A DNA stretch of 64,000 nt. It comes from Octopus sinensis. Its lineage: Eukaryota. The translations under genes and the position numbers were made by a program. This document shows positions 11,466 through 23,399 of the stretch, piece after piece; the stretch's first letter is position 1, and each line of letters opens with the position of its first letter. The notes beneath the pieces were generated by a model. It was not told the DNA's origin and did no database searches. It saw only the letters and a program-made list of their open reading frames with translations. The stretch covers positions 37,386,001 to 37,450,000 of the forward strand of contig NC_043014.1 in the NCBI RefSeq assembly GCF_006345805.1, written 5' to 3'.

Positions 11466-13997
11466 AATATATAGAGTTTCGGATGCCGGGGTTGAAGCAT
11501 GCTCTGGCATATCATCAGTTATTAAGACAAAAACGCTATGTGAAAAAAAAAAATGATGAATAAAGGGAAGTTACTCCAATAGGCATAGTGAAAGTAAAAC
11601 TTCGTTCATTGAATCTGCATATGTACACCTATATACATACACATACGCACACACATACACACCTATATGTGCCCATGCACGCATCATTATGTTCATGTAC
11701 ACATCTCTATATGCACATGCACATACATATGCAGATACACAAAACCACACATGTATACATATGTACAAATATACACACATACGTATAAATGCGTAGTCAA
11801 AATCATCCTCGCATATATATATAGACGTTTATACAAATAAAAACACATACACAAAACATAAACCATAAACACATTCACATTCGCCACAAAATCTTGAATA
11901 TACCTATGAGTTATGTATGTATAGGGCTATGTATATAGATATGTACACAAATACACCCTCCTGTCTGTCAAACACACCTACACCTGCAGATATACAAGCA
12001 TATATACATACATATTTGTATGAAAGGAGACAAGTACAACAGCAGGTCCCGTGAATATTTCACAGAATCAATAGTTGACTTAATGGCTTATTTCTGAAAG
12101 CTTTATCCCAAAACTCTGAATGTATATACACCTTGTAAGGGTAATTTAACCCAATATTTCTGCATTTGAAAAAATATCTTATTTGTATCATAGAATACAT
12201 ATTTTCGGTGCTTCTAACAAAAGAACTAATATTTCTTTACATTTATATGCACATGGTTGTTCCATACAGCTAAAGTGTTTAGCATCTAAATTCAGTGGTG
12301 AATTCATTAGCAGGCAGTTTAGCTTCATGGTAAAACAATCAGTTGGAGTCTTTGAGGGATGTGGGTTTGAGTCCCATGGCTGGTTGTTGACAATTTTTTC
12401 TGTGTTGTGAGGGTAATTTACACAGTATTTCTGTTGTTCTAACAGCAATTCTGCATTTGAAAAAATATTATCTTCTTATTTGCATAACACACACACACAC
12501 ATATATGTATATATGGCTAGGTATTGCCAAGGAATGAGTAGAGGACAATAAAACATTCGGACAGATAGACGATACAAAGAGGCAGATGAGAGAAACAACA
12601 ATTAGAAAGACAGGCAAAAAAGATGGGTCATTCGTGGCCTTCTTTCTTCAGTCAAGTACCAGAAGTCACAACGATTTCGGGCAGTTACACTTGAGATGGT
12701 TTGATCTGGTTGCCCCCAAAAATGTCTAAGCTAAGAGCATTAGACCCCTTTGTAAAAAAGCTAGCAAACATGTACAGCAACAAAAGACGGAGAATATGGT
12801 TCACAAAAAGACAAAAAACGGAAAACATGGTACACAATTACGAATACAAACAGCAAGAAAATAACAACAGGTGTCTTTCAACTGAGAACAAATCCAAATG
12901 AGCTGGCATGTATGAAGTGAAAGCCTAAAGGCAGGAACATAGGAGATGGACATAAGGGGTGTTGGTGGTCAGCAATCAGACCAAAAAGGAAAGATTGTGG
13001 CTGGCTGAACACCAGTCACAGGTGCCAGTAAGGCAATGCTGATAACAATCACACTGGAAGGCAGTGGGATTGAAGAATTAGAAAAAAAATCTAAGAGAAA
13101 GGTACAGGGGAGATAAATGAGTGGGAAATAGTGGGAGTTAAAGAAAGAGAGGGCCAAGAAATATGAGAAAGAGGAGGAGCAAGTAAAAAAAAATAAAATA
13201 AAAGGGGGACTAATAGACAGAGTAAGAGTCGTACAAAATTTAGATACATACATATTTTAAGGTGAGCACAAGTATGTACGTATGCCAGACTAAACTCTTT
13301 TTCCTTTCCCTTTTCTCTGCTTTTTCCAATACAACCTACCTGCACCGTCCCCTCTGTTACTCTACCCGCTACCATCCTCTCATAATAACAAATCTCTTCC
13401 TCACATCATACTTCAATTTCTCTCCCTATTCCACATGAAGTCATTACTCTCCCTTTGTTTAACTCTCCCTTACAAAATAACCACCCTTGTGGTAGTGCTA
13501 CACAAAAGTACTGAGTGCATTCTGTACAGAGAAGGTTCATGGCCTCAAGTGGTGAGTGTGTTACACTCACAATTGTAAGATTGTGGTTTCAATTTCCAAA
13601 CACTTCATTTCAGCTGCTCACACCACTTAGCTCCAGCTATGGTTGGTAAGTTAACCATGCAACAGACCAGCATCCCATACAGGGATGAACTGTGTTGTGA
13701 TGTTAGACACCTATATGCCAAAGAAACTGGGTTAAGATCTGACCTTAGAAATTCAAGGGTTCTTAACAGACCGATGTTCTGTATAGTTGTCAAATGAAGC
13801 AGTGAGAATGCAGGGATAAGCAGTTTCACTTATCTTGTCATGGGTACAGCAACCTTTACAGTGATGGTACCTGGAAAGTGTTTTATGTTAGGAGGTATGA
13901 GTTTCTCAGAGCTGTTCCAGTCAGTCAACCCATTCAATGCATGCCAGCAGAGAAAGTAGACATATGAGGATGATGATGATAATATATATTGACTCAC

Positions 13998-14151
13998 CTT
14001 AACACTGTCTCCTGCAGCTTCAAGTAACGGCTTAACCAGATTTATATAGTTCTTAATAATGGCCAGATGTAGTGGACTATGACCTTCATCATTTTGTATA
14101 TTGACTTTAGCCCCATAGTTCAGCATTAAGCTCATCACCTCAAGATGGTTG
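13998..14151 (-). CDS. Ankyrin-repeat exon (NHLEVMSLMLNYGAKVNIQNDEGHSPLHLAIIKNYINLVKPLLEAAGDSVK)
   Basis: Acceptor aactttcag, donor gtgagt; ankyrin consensus GAKVNxxNxxGHSPLHLA; 154 nt, phase 2 to phase 0. Confidence 0.9.
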
Positions 14152-14224
14152 CTGAAAGTTACAGAAATTGTAAAAATATATAAGTCAAAGACAATGAGAT
14201 TAAATATAGATTTACAGGATTCTA

Positions 14225-14286
<62 letters not shown>

Positions 14287-14319
14287 TGTGGTATATATAT
14301 ATATATATATATATATATT

Positions 14320-15158
14320 CTCTCTCGTGCTCTCTCTCTCTCGCTATGTGGTGTCGGTTTCTCCCTCTGTTATCACTGTCTCTCTCTCTCTCTCTCTGTA
14401 TATATCTCACCTTCACTCGCTTCCACAGGCTTAGCCAATACGCAGGATGAAAAATATCACCTAAGTCCTGTTCCTCTTTTCATTGTTTTTGCAAGTATCA
14501 TCATCACCATCAAGCCTTCTTATTATTATTGTTTCCCCATATATTAGCGTTATCGTTGTCTTTCGTCTCAAATGCTAGCTGAAGCATATAAAGTTTCACT
14601 CACAAAAACTTCGCAAAAACATCTCGTTTCAAATCTGGTCTTTCTTTCTGTCGCTTAATTCTCTAACCCATCTTTTCCCAACTTCCACTCATAGAAACTT
14701 ATGCACACGATCGCAAAGCATTCCATCTCAAATCCTGTCTTTCTTTCTGCCGCCTAAATCTCATCTTCTCCCAGTGCGCGGTGTCGTTTTGTCCCTCTGT
14801 TATCACTATGTCTCTCTCTCTCTCTCTCTCTCTCGCGCTCTCTCTTTCTCTCGCTATGTGGTGTCGGTTTCTCCCTTTGTTATCAATCTCTCTCTCTCTC
14901 TCTCTGTATATATCTCACCTTAACTCGCTTCCACAGGCTTAGCCAATACGCAGGATGAAAAATATCAGCTAAGTCCTGTTCCTCTTTTCATTGTTTTTGC
15001 AAGTATCATCATCACCATCAAGCCTTCTTATTATTATTGTTTCCCCATATATTAGCGTTATCGTTGTCTTTCGTCTCAAATGCTAGCTGAAGCATATAAA
15101 CTTTCACTCACAAAAACTTCGCAAAAACATCTCGTCTCAAATCTGGTCTTTCTTTCTG
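14320..15158. repeat. Recent direct duplication: about 330-bp block repeated with a 510-bp period
   Basis: 14341 and 14851 both start tcgctatgtggtgtcggtttctccc and stay near-identical to aaatctggtctttctttctg. Confidence 0.9.
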
Positions 15159-15519
15159 CCAGTGCGCCCGCCCTCCCACCCCCACCACCAATACCGGTGA
15201 ACACTGTTCTCACCATCTACACCGGATACTCCCTCCTCCTCCCCCACCACCCCTTCCTACCCCTTCTCCTCATATGCTTTCACTGTGAAAAGAGAAGCTG
15301 CTAGCGTCACAGCTCATCAACCGCCCACTGATCTTACGCTTCCTCCTGTTTTGAATCTGACACTGCCTCAATCCTACTATCTCCTTCCAGTCCCCTCCAC
15401 GCCTCGTAATATCCTACGTTTTTATTTCTTACGAACCTGCACCAACCCTTCCTGCCATCGTTCCTCCTTACCCCCCAACCTTCCCCACCCCTACCCATTA
15501 AAAGTACCCCGGATCCCCA

Positions 15520-15790
15520 AAGTACCCCGGATCCCGTTGCCCCCGTGCCGCTGGCACGTTAAAAGCTCGAACCGATCGTGACCGATGCCGGACCCCCCGG
15601 CCCCTGTGCACGTAAAAAGCACCCACTCCACTCACGGAGTGGTTGGCGTTAGGAAGGGCATCCAGCCGTAGAAACTCTGCCAGATCAGACTGGAGCCTGG
15701 AGCGGCCCCTGGCTTCCCAGACCCCGGTCGAACCATCCAACCCGTGCTAGCGCGGAAAACGGACGTTAAACGATGATGATGATGATGATG
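15520..15790 (+). mobile_element. RTE 3'-end fragment with (GAT)n tail
   Basis: ggcacgtaaaaagcaccc...ggttggcgttaggaagggcatccagccgtagaaac...ggacgttaaacgatgatgat. Confidence 0.85.
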
Positions 15791-15858
15791 ATATATATAT
15801 ATATAGTTTTTTTGTGAATATAGTTTTTTAGTTTTTTGTGAATTCTCCCTATATATAT

Positions 15859-15887
<29 letters not shown>

Positions 15888-15892
<5 letters not shown>

Positions 15893-16075
15893 GGAGAATT
15901 CACAAAAAAACTAAAGACGAAGACAGGTGGTGTAGACAACAAACAGATGTATTAGCATAACACTCGCGAAGTGAAAAAGTCTTTAACGTTTCAAGCCTAC
16001 ACTCTTCCACAGAAAGGAACACAGAGAGAAACAAGGAGAGAAAATAAAGAATGTGCAGTGGCTAGCGATCTGTCA
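15888..16075 (-). mobile_element. Short PLE-type terminal segment (related ends at about 39240-39300 and 55270-55420)
   Basis: Minus strand gtgttcctttctgtggaagagtgtaggcttgaaacgttaaagact...tttgtgaattctcctata, ending in (TA)n. Confidence 0.5.
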
Positions 16076-16079
16076 TGAT

Positions 16080-16080
16080 G

Positions 16081-16116
<36 letters not shown>

Positions 16117-16407
16117 TAGATAGATAGATAGATATATACATACACACAAATATATATATAGATATATATATATATTATATACACACACACACATATATAT
16201 ATAATATATATACACCACACACACACAAATATATATATATATATACATACACACACACAAATATATATATATATATACACACACACAAATATATATATAT
16301 ATACACACACACACACATATATATACACACACACACACATATATATATATATACACACACACACACAACATATATATATATATATATAACACACACAACA
16401 CACACAC

Positions 16408-16504
<97 letters not shown>

Positions 16505-16529
16505 TATATATATATATACACACACATAT
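16080..16529. repeat. Compound (TA)n/(CA)n microsatellite
   Basis: Direct inspection. Confidence 0.95.
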
Positions 16530-16800
16530 AGGTGCAGGTGTGGCTATGTGGTAAGAAGCTTGCTGACCAACTACATGGTTCCGGGTTTAGTTTCACTATG
16601 TGACACTTTGGGCAAGTGTCTTCTACTATAGTCTCAAGCTGACCGAAGCCTTGTGAGTGGATTTGGTAGACAGAAACGGAAAGAAGAGTGTGTGTGTGTC
16701 TGTGTTTTTTCCCCCATTACCATTTGTTCAACTAAAACCCTTCAAAGTAGAGCTCCAGCATGACCAGAGCCAAATGACTGAAACAAGTAAAAGAATAAAA
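16530..16800 (+). mobile_element. SINE family A, internally deleted copy
   Basis: aggtgcaggtgtggctatgtggtaag...gggcaagtgtcttctactatag...gactgaaacaagtaaaag. Confidence 0.85.
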
Positions 16801-17249
16801 CTATATAGTTAGTTAGTTCTACTTTTGCACTGGTGTTGTTAAGACGTTGCTTTGCCGCAGTCTTGCACTGAAGAACTGAAATTGTGAAGTTTTATTGAAA
16901 AATATTTTGAATTTTTACCAGTTTGTGGTGGATTTTTTTGAAGTTGTGTTCCTGTTGCTGTGTCCCTGTTCACTTTTGGAGTACCTTTTGGCCAGGAGTA
17001 CCGGTTGGCCGGAATTGTGTGTTTCCATGTTTTGAACAGTCTTCCTTCTTTCATTTTCTCTTCTTTGTCTTTCTGCTCTTTTTGTCTTCCTTCAAAGTGT
17101 TTTTTGACTTTGTTTGGACTTTTGTTGTTTTGAACTGTTTCCTGAACTTTTTCTTCAAAGCATGGCGAAGAAATTGAACACTGCGTAGGAGTGGGAAATC
17201 ATCCCACCCAAGCAATGACTAAAAAACTTAGAGGAAAGAATGGTGGTGT

Positions 17250-17560
17250 TGAGGACTTATTCTAAGTCACTCAACACCATCGCTGTCTTTCTAGGTCTAC
17301 CTCTTCCACAGGATCCCTCCATAGTTAGAAATCAGCACTTCTTTACATGACTATCCCCGTCCATATGCATCACATGACCATACCAGTGCAATCTTCTCTC
17401 CTGCACATCTGATGCCCAATTTTTCCCTCAAGATGCTTACACTCTGTCATATGTGCTTACTGACATTGCATATCCAGCAAAACATATTAGCTTCATTTCT
17501 TTCAAGCTTTCATATGTCTTCTGCAGTTACAGCCCATGTTTCATGTAATAGTTTTACTGA
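17250..17560 (-). mobile_element. RTE RT C-terminal fragment
   Basis: Similar to 2260-2580 of the first LINE. Confidence 0.75.
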
Positions 17561-17949
17561 AAACATATTAGTTTGTGTATTCATGTGGTGGGTTTGAGAG
17601 AGAGGAAAAAGATCACATTTTAATTCAAGTTTTCTGTGTGAAAGAAGTCTTAGTGAATAAATTTTTGCATAAGAGATTTATTTTATAATAGAAGAAAAAT
17701 TACATTTAACTGACTGAGATCAGGTTTGTGCTGTCATTCAGCTCATCATAGCTTTAGGTGATTCTTCCATTACAAGTAAGGGACATGTGTTAATCTATTT
17801 GGAATTAAATGTGTAAATAGGCATGTTGCTTATGACATTTCCAAAACAAGGGACATAACTTTTGATTAGTATGTGCGTGTGAGCTTTTCATTGTCAACGG
17901 ACTTATAATAAGGGTATGTGTTGGTTAAAATTTTCAGAAAATATTTTGC

Positions 17950-18710
17950 TACTGCAAACTGCAGTGAAAATTCTTTACTACAGATTAGATATGTCCCAAG
18001 CATATTTGACTGATCTAAATGTGTGTTTTATTTTCCACCCATGCATGGTGAACAAGAAAAACAGTGACGTTCTTGTAATCCCAAGGTGTAACCATATGTG
18101 TAGGCTATGTCATGTTTCTGTGGAAGACATCACACATGTGATCAGCAGCTGTCCTAAAATGTCGTCACAGTGCTACCCCCCTATGTGACACTATGTTATT
18201 GCTTAAACAATATACTATGCCATCCACAAAAAAGACTGTCCTGAAATAAACTTTAAAAATCCCTCTGTTATGGAGTATATTCATAAACACCAATTCAAGG
18301 AATACTAGTGGAATATTCCCATCAAACAGCTGTCAAATATAAACATAACAGGCTGAACATTGTTGTTTGGGACAGAGGGGTAAAGGTATGTACCATCATA
18401 GAGGTCAGCTGCCCTGCAGATATAAATATCTCTTTGAAAATCAAAGAAAAAGAGGATATCTATGGACAACTGCTTCGAAACCCCCAGCTTCTATATCCAG
18501 ACTATGAATTCATATTCATACCAATAATAATTGGAGCACTAGGTTTTGTTAGTAAATGCTTATAGGAGAATCTAGATAAACTGGGATTTTCAGAAAGGGA
18601 AATCAACCAGCTAATTCATATATTACAGGTGCAATCTGTGAGTGGAACAATAAAAATATGCAAGACTTTCCTCAAGTTCCAAATGTGAATTTGTCTGTGT
18701 TAACTACATC
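17950..18710 (+). mobile_element. 3' end of an RLE-type non-LTR retrotransposon (R2/R4/NeSL-like group), decayed
   Basis: CCHC knuckle CRLCHVSVEDITHVISSC and restriction-like endonuclease region KHNRLNIVVWD...IIEVSCPAD...KEKEDIYGQL...IPIIIGALG. Confidence 0.85.
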
Positions 18711-18914
18711 CCAAAGATGGAACCTTGTATCTTTGTTAGAAACCGGCTCCCTCCTAGTGGAAGGTTTATATTAATTAAAAAATAGAAGAGACATAATATA
18801 TGAGTGGCCAAATGAGGGAAAAGGGCACTCAACACATTTAGTGAGAGTTACATGTATTGTTTGATTCAGTTTTCATGCTAATTCATGTTTTGAAGGCCCC
18901 TAAGAAGCCTCTCT

Positions 18915-19070
18915 CCTTCAGGTTAGGCATTAGGAAGTGCATCCAGCTGCAGAAGCCATACCAAAGCTGACAGTAGGGTTTGGCACACTCCTCTGGCTTG
19001 CCAGTTCCTGTCAAACCATTTGACTAGTGCTAGCATGGAAAATGATAATGGTGATAATGATGATGAATGC
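18915..19070 (+). mobile_element. Decayed RTE 3' tail
   Basis: ggttaggcattaggaagtgcatccagctg...gctagcatggaaaatgataatggtgataatgatgatg. Confidence 0.65.
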
Positions 19071-19209
19071 CTGTATTGATGTGTCCTGTTGAATATATAT
19101 TACCATATCATATTCCTACTATGTCATCTTTGCATATTTAATCTTTCTTTCATTCAAGCCAATTTTGAAACAACATAGATCTGGAGATCTTAAATACTTC
19201 TGAACTTAC

Positions 19210-19367
19210 CCAAGCACAGCATAATGTAAGGGTGTAAAGCCATTTTTATCAAATGCATTTACATTGCATTGAGCATTGTTTTCTATCAGCAATTTCACTG
19301 TAGCTATGTCACCCAGCCGACAAGCAATAGACAGGAAACTTAGACCACATACACTGTTTTGAGGAAT
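19210..19367 (-). CDS. Ankyrin-repeat exon (IPQNSVCGLSFLSIACRLGDIATVKLLIENNAQCNVNAFDKNGFTPLHYAVL)
   Basis: Acceptor tttaatctctgcag, donor gtaagt; 158 nt, phase 0 to 2; trailing gg plus c of exon 14151 gives Gly in GFTPLHYAVLG-NHLEV; absent from the ORF track. Confidence 0.9.
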
Positions 19368-19615
19368 CTGCAGAGATTAAAGTGAAAGCATGTCAAAATT
19401 GCTAAATTTGAGACGGTGTGAGATAATGAGGAAAAATATTTTAAAAAAAGATCAGAACAGTAGGAGATAAATTAGATGCAAAGGGAAGGTATACAACAAA
19501 GAGAAAGAGAGTCGGGGAAAGCTTCTTTATAGAAAATGAAGCAGCTGAACTTGTGAAAATTATAACTTCATAATGACCTGATCTTTCAAAAAAGTTAGTG
19601 AAGCTATTTATTTAA

Positions 19616-19834
19616 CCCTTTCATTACCAACCCGACTGAAACCACCTCTGACTCTGGAGTACAAATGTCTTGTTTTCATAAGTTTGAATTAAAATCTTCC
19701 ACCAAACCTTAGTCACAATTTATGTTCCTAACAATAGCTTAATGACAACTAAGTTATTTTGCTAAATTATTTGTTATATCTAAAATCAATTGAAAGAAAC
19801 AGAGCATCTCAAAATAAATACAGTAATGAAAGGG
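19616..19834. mobile_element. piggyBac-type MITE family 1
   Basis: TTAA|CCCTTTCATTAC ... GTAATGAAAGGG|TTAA. Confidence 0.9.
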
Positions 19835-20189
19835 TTAATTGGGAAACTGATAAGTAATGAGTATTCATAGCTTCTCTTAAAATCAATGTAAGTAGGATAG
19901 TACAATTTAGTTACAATTTAATTTTTTTTGTTATGAACACACACTCATCTGCAGTGAGTTCTTCAACAATGAAATACAACTGTGATTACTATATTGAAAC
20001 TGGAATCGGCCAGAATGTATTAAGAATGAATATATGTCTTATCATTCTGTTTCTTGTTCTTCACTGCGCATATTGTGATTTATTATCACTTGGTAGATAT
20101 CAGCATGTATCAGCAATTAGTTTGTTAGCTGAAATTATAGACAAGAGCCACAATTCATTTGTCCAGCATAGCTTTGCCTAAGGAGATAT

Positions 20190-20640
20190 TTAGGATGGCA
20201 GAATGCACTGTTATAGTGTTAAAACATATGTAAGACATCTTTCAGGATAGCAAAAAATGTAATAAATCTGAGGGAGCTGGGTCCAAACTGTAAGCGGGAT
20301 GTGGAATCAGTTCAATTCCCTCTAATTCCTAGAATTTATTCTAGCTTGTTCAAGTGGTGTGAGGTCCTGCATTGTCTTGTTGCAGGAAAGCTCACTGTCG
20401 TTTAACCAATGCTAGATATTTCTATCATACAATGGCATACATCTGCTCCAGCTGTTTGGAGTATAGGTTAGTAACAATGGTTTGGCCATCTGGAACTCGT
20501 AGGAAATTATCCTTTCGTAAGTCCATTAGACGGAAAGCACCACTTTGTGTTCAAAATGCCCATGTTTGGTGGCAAGTTTCAGAAACTGGCCCTTTCTTAA
20601 CTGCTGCTTATGTATATTAGGATTGTGGAAAAATATCTCC
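20190..20640 (-). pseudogene. mariner transposase relic (catalytic region)
   Basis: Minus translation FLQQDNAGPHT and HPAYSLDPAPSD (mariner QDNAxPH and YSPDLAPSD motifs), with stops. Confidence 0.8.
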
Positions 20641-20689
20641 CTGAGATTATTACTTGTTCTGATCTATGCCTCACTTCCTGTGTTTGTGA

Positions 20690-20830
20690 TGCTTCATCAA
20701 CCAAGAGGGGGTGGAAGCTTCAGTGAAGGAGTTCTTTGTCTCAAAGGACAAGAACTGGCATTAGCATGGGATCAAAGAACTGGCAGAAAGGTGGTTTCAG
20801 ACAGTGCAATAAGACGGCTCCTACTTTGAA
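20690..20830 (+). pseudogene. mariner transposase C-terminal relic
   Basis: VEASVKEFFVSKDKNW*HGIKELAERWFQTVQ*DGSYFE-stop. Confidence 0.7.
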
Positions 20831-21575
20831 TGCTAGGCTACTTTTGTTGTAACTTGACAAACAAAGTAAGTTACCAAAGTATTGCAAAACTTTTGACATA
20901 AAACAATACCTAATGATGATAATGATAAGGAAGAGATGGAGAAGTAATTGAAGGAAATGGAAATATAATAGGCTAAAAAATGCAATTTGTTAAGAACTTT
21001 TAACATTCATCATCATTGCTTTTGTTATTCTTTTAACATCCAATTTACCAATTTGGCAAGACACAATTTGTTGAGGTAGATTTTCTATGGTTGGATGCTC
21101 TTTCTGTGAACAACCCTCACCTGTTTTGAAACACGGTAATATCTCCTGATAGCTGTATAGGTCTATAAAGAAGAACCCATGTCAGCATGGACAATAGATA
21201 TCAAAAGATGAAAGATAGGGAATGAAGGACACTGCTTCAAATATGGTAAGATTCACTAACAACTATTTGTTTACAACTATTGTCCAGACACAAACATACA
21301 CACATATATGCATACAAACCACAAACACACATACATATTGGGATGGGCATCTTTCAGTTTCTGTCTACTAAATCCACTCACAAGGATTTGATTGCTCTAG
21401 GGCTATAGCAAAAAGACAATTGCCCAATGTTCCAAGTGGTGGAAGTGAACCTGATCATAAAAATAAAATAATAAATAGGTGCATTAGGGGAAAACAATAA
21501 AGGAGCAGCTTACCAAACGTGGATTTTGTGTAAAACATTGTTTAATCCATCCACTATCACCCTGAATAAGCTTAC

Positions 21576-21641
21576 ATAAAATATCTTTCTCAGTATAAGT
21601 TCTACCATCAATTTTAAAAGTACTAACACCACTTCCAGTAC
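21576..21641 (-). CDS. 66-nt exon of the ankyrin-repeat gene; possible start ATG at 21608 (MVELILRKIFY)
   Basis: Acceptor tttctttctcttaccag, donor gtaagc; phase-0 frame joins exon 19367 with ankyrin register (VELILRK...CG spans 18 aa); the alternative frame GTGSGVSTFKIDGRTYTEKDIL is also open. Confidence 0.6.
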
Positions 21642-22337
21642 CTGGTAAGAGAAAGAAACAAAAATAAAGAGTTGAAAGAAACTGATAAAATGAGCTCAAC
21701 AACAATATGTAAAAACTGTAATAGTTTTTACATTGTCCTAACATGAAACTACATAAACATTGAAAACTTCAGACTTTCTAAAGCAGCTCTTATTTGTAGT
21801 TGGATATTCTTCTTAATACTAAAAAGAACAATTAACCAAAGTATTGTGCTTGTAAGTTAGGTGAGTTACTCTGCTTTCTACAGCCGGCCTGGTTACAATT
21901 AACTCTTGCATGGTGGAATACTCAGTATTGCTGATCAGAGCAATGGAGACATTGTATGTCTTGAGCTGTGGATCTGTGAATTATAAATCAGCTAGGTTTG
22001 GACATAGTAAATTTTGAGCTATGGATCTAAAGAGCATAAGTTATTCAATCAACTGACTGCCTTCATGCTGTAGATCTGTTTGAAGAGGACCTACATATGG
22101 ATACATAACAACGACAACAACTTTATCAACAACTATAACTAATTCCAGTTTCTCAAAGGTGATGGAAATAGTAATAAACAACCACATTCTTGATCAATTT
22201 CGATACCGTTCTCATGTGTACTGGACAATTCAATATTTTGTTATTGAACATTTTGGAAAAAAAAATTTTTTTGTGCATGCTCATTTATATTGTAATTACA
22301 TTTCTTTTTGAGTTATCATATTTTGTGCCACATCTTG

Positions 22338-23399
22338 GGTACTACTTAAGAAGAGTGGTCCCGGTGCACGCACTCGCATACTCGCGCATCTGCGCTAGCT
22401 AGTCGTGACAAGTCGATCCTTACTTTGTGTTTCATTTATTTTGTTTAAAAAAATTATTTACTTTGTGTTTTTGTGTTGGATCTTTTCCTTTTGAATGGCA
22501 GACAATTTCTAGTTAACTAAACACTTTAAAACTTCATATACTGGTAGAATGTGTCAAAATAAAACATTTTTTTCTCTTGGCTTTCTTGAGAAAATTGTAA
22601 TTTGTTTGTTTAACGTAGTTTAATTTTTCGAATTTTAACCAATCCTATGCTTTCTTTTGAGCTAAAATCATTTGCTGCGTCTAAAACTGAGACAACATCC
22701 TGTCACTAACCCTCAACCTAACCCTAACCCTAAATGTTTTTTTTCTTAATTGTTAAATTAATTTAATTGTTACGCGTGTAAAAAAACCCAAAAGTAATGG
22801 AAAATAATTTAAACAATTAACAAACAAAATAATTCTATAATTTAATACACACGCTTTCCGTATACATACAGAAAGCGTGTGTATAAAATTATAGAATTAT
22901 TTTGTTTGTTAATTGTTTAAATTATTTTCCATTGCTTTCGGTTTTTTTTACACGCGTAACAATTAAATTAATTTAACAATTAAAAAAAAAAAATTAGGGT
23001 TAGGGTTAGGTTGAGGGTTAGTGATAGGATGTTGTCTCAGTTTTAGATGCAGCAAATGATTTTAGTTCAATGGAGGTAATCGATTGGTTAAAATTGCTGA
23101 AATGCTCAGATTTTCAGACGAAATATCTTACAAACTATAGAATTTTCTCAATAAAACCAAGAGAAAATGTTGTTTTATAAACACATTCTACCAGTATACG
23201 AAGTTTAAAACTTTTTAGTTACCTAGAAATTATGATACAAACTGCCGTTCGAAAGGAAAAGATCCTTTGTGTTTTATTTACTTTGTGTTTTATTTACTTT
23301 GCTACATAGTCGTTGTAGGGATCGACTAGTCACGACTAGTTAGCACGGATGGCGAGTACACAAGTGCACACACCGGGACCACTCTTCTTAAGTAGTACA
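22338..23399. mobile_element. MITE with 9-bp TSD (Mutator-like), interrupted by a foldback element
   Basis: 28-bp perfect TIR gtactacttaagaagagtggtcccggtg / caccgggaccactcttcttaagtagtac; cacatcttg duplicated at 22329-22337 and 23400-23408. Confidence 0.85.
22478..23265. mobile_element. 788-bp foldback element with GGATCTTTTC termini and telomere-like repeats in the arms
   Basis: GGATCTTTTCC...GGAAAAGATCC; near-perfect palindrome centred about 22865; TAACCC-like run about 22708-22732 and TTAGGG-like run about 22994-23021; tttgtgtt on both flanks. Confidence 0.85.

Noticed and set aside
12640-12700. CUGAAGA and GAAA on minus in type II hammerhead order
   Set aside because: No convincing helix I or III pairing.
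19933-20181. 82-aa plus ORF, and minus LYFIVEELTADEC peptide as a further ankyrin-gene exon
   Set aside because: No phase-compatible acceptor/donor pair; the flanking exons splice in frame without it.
22708-23021. TTAGGG/TAACCC runs as an interstitial telomere
   Set aside because: Only 3-4 imperfect units, placed symmetrically inside a transposon's arms.
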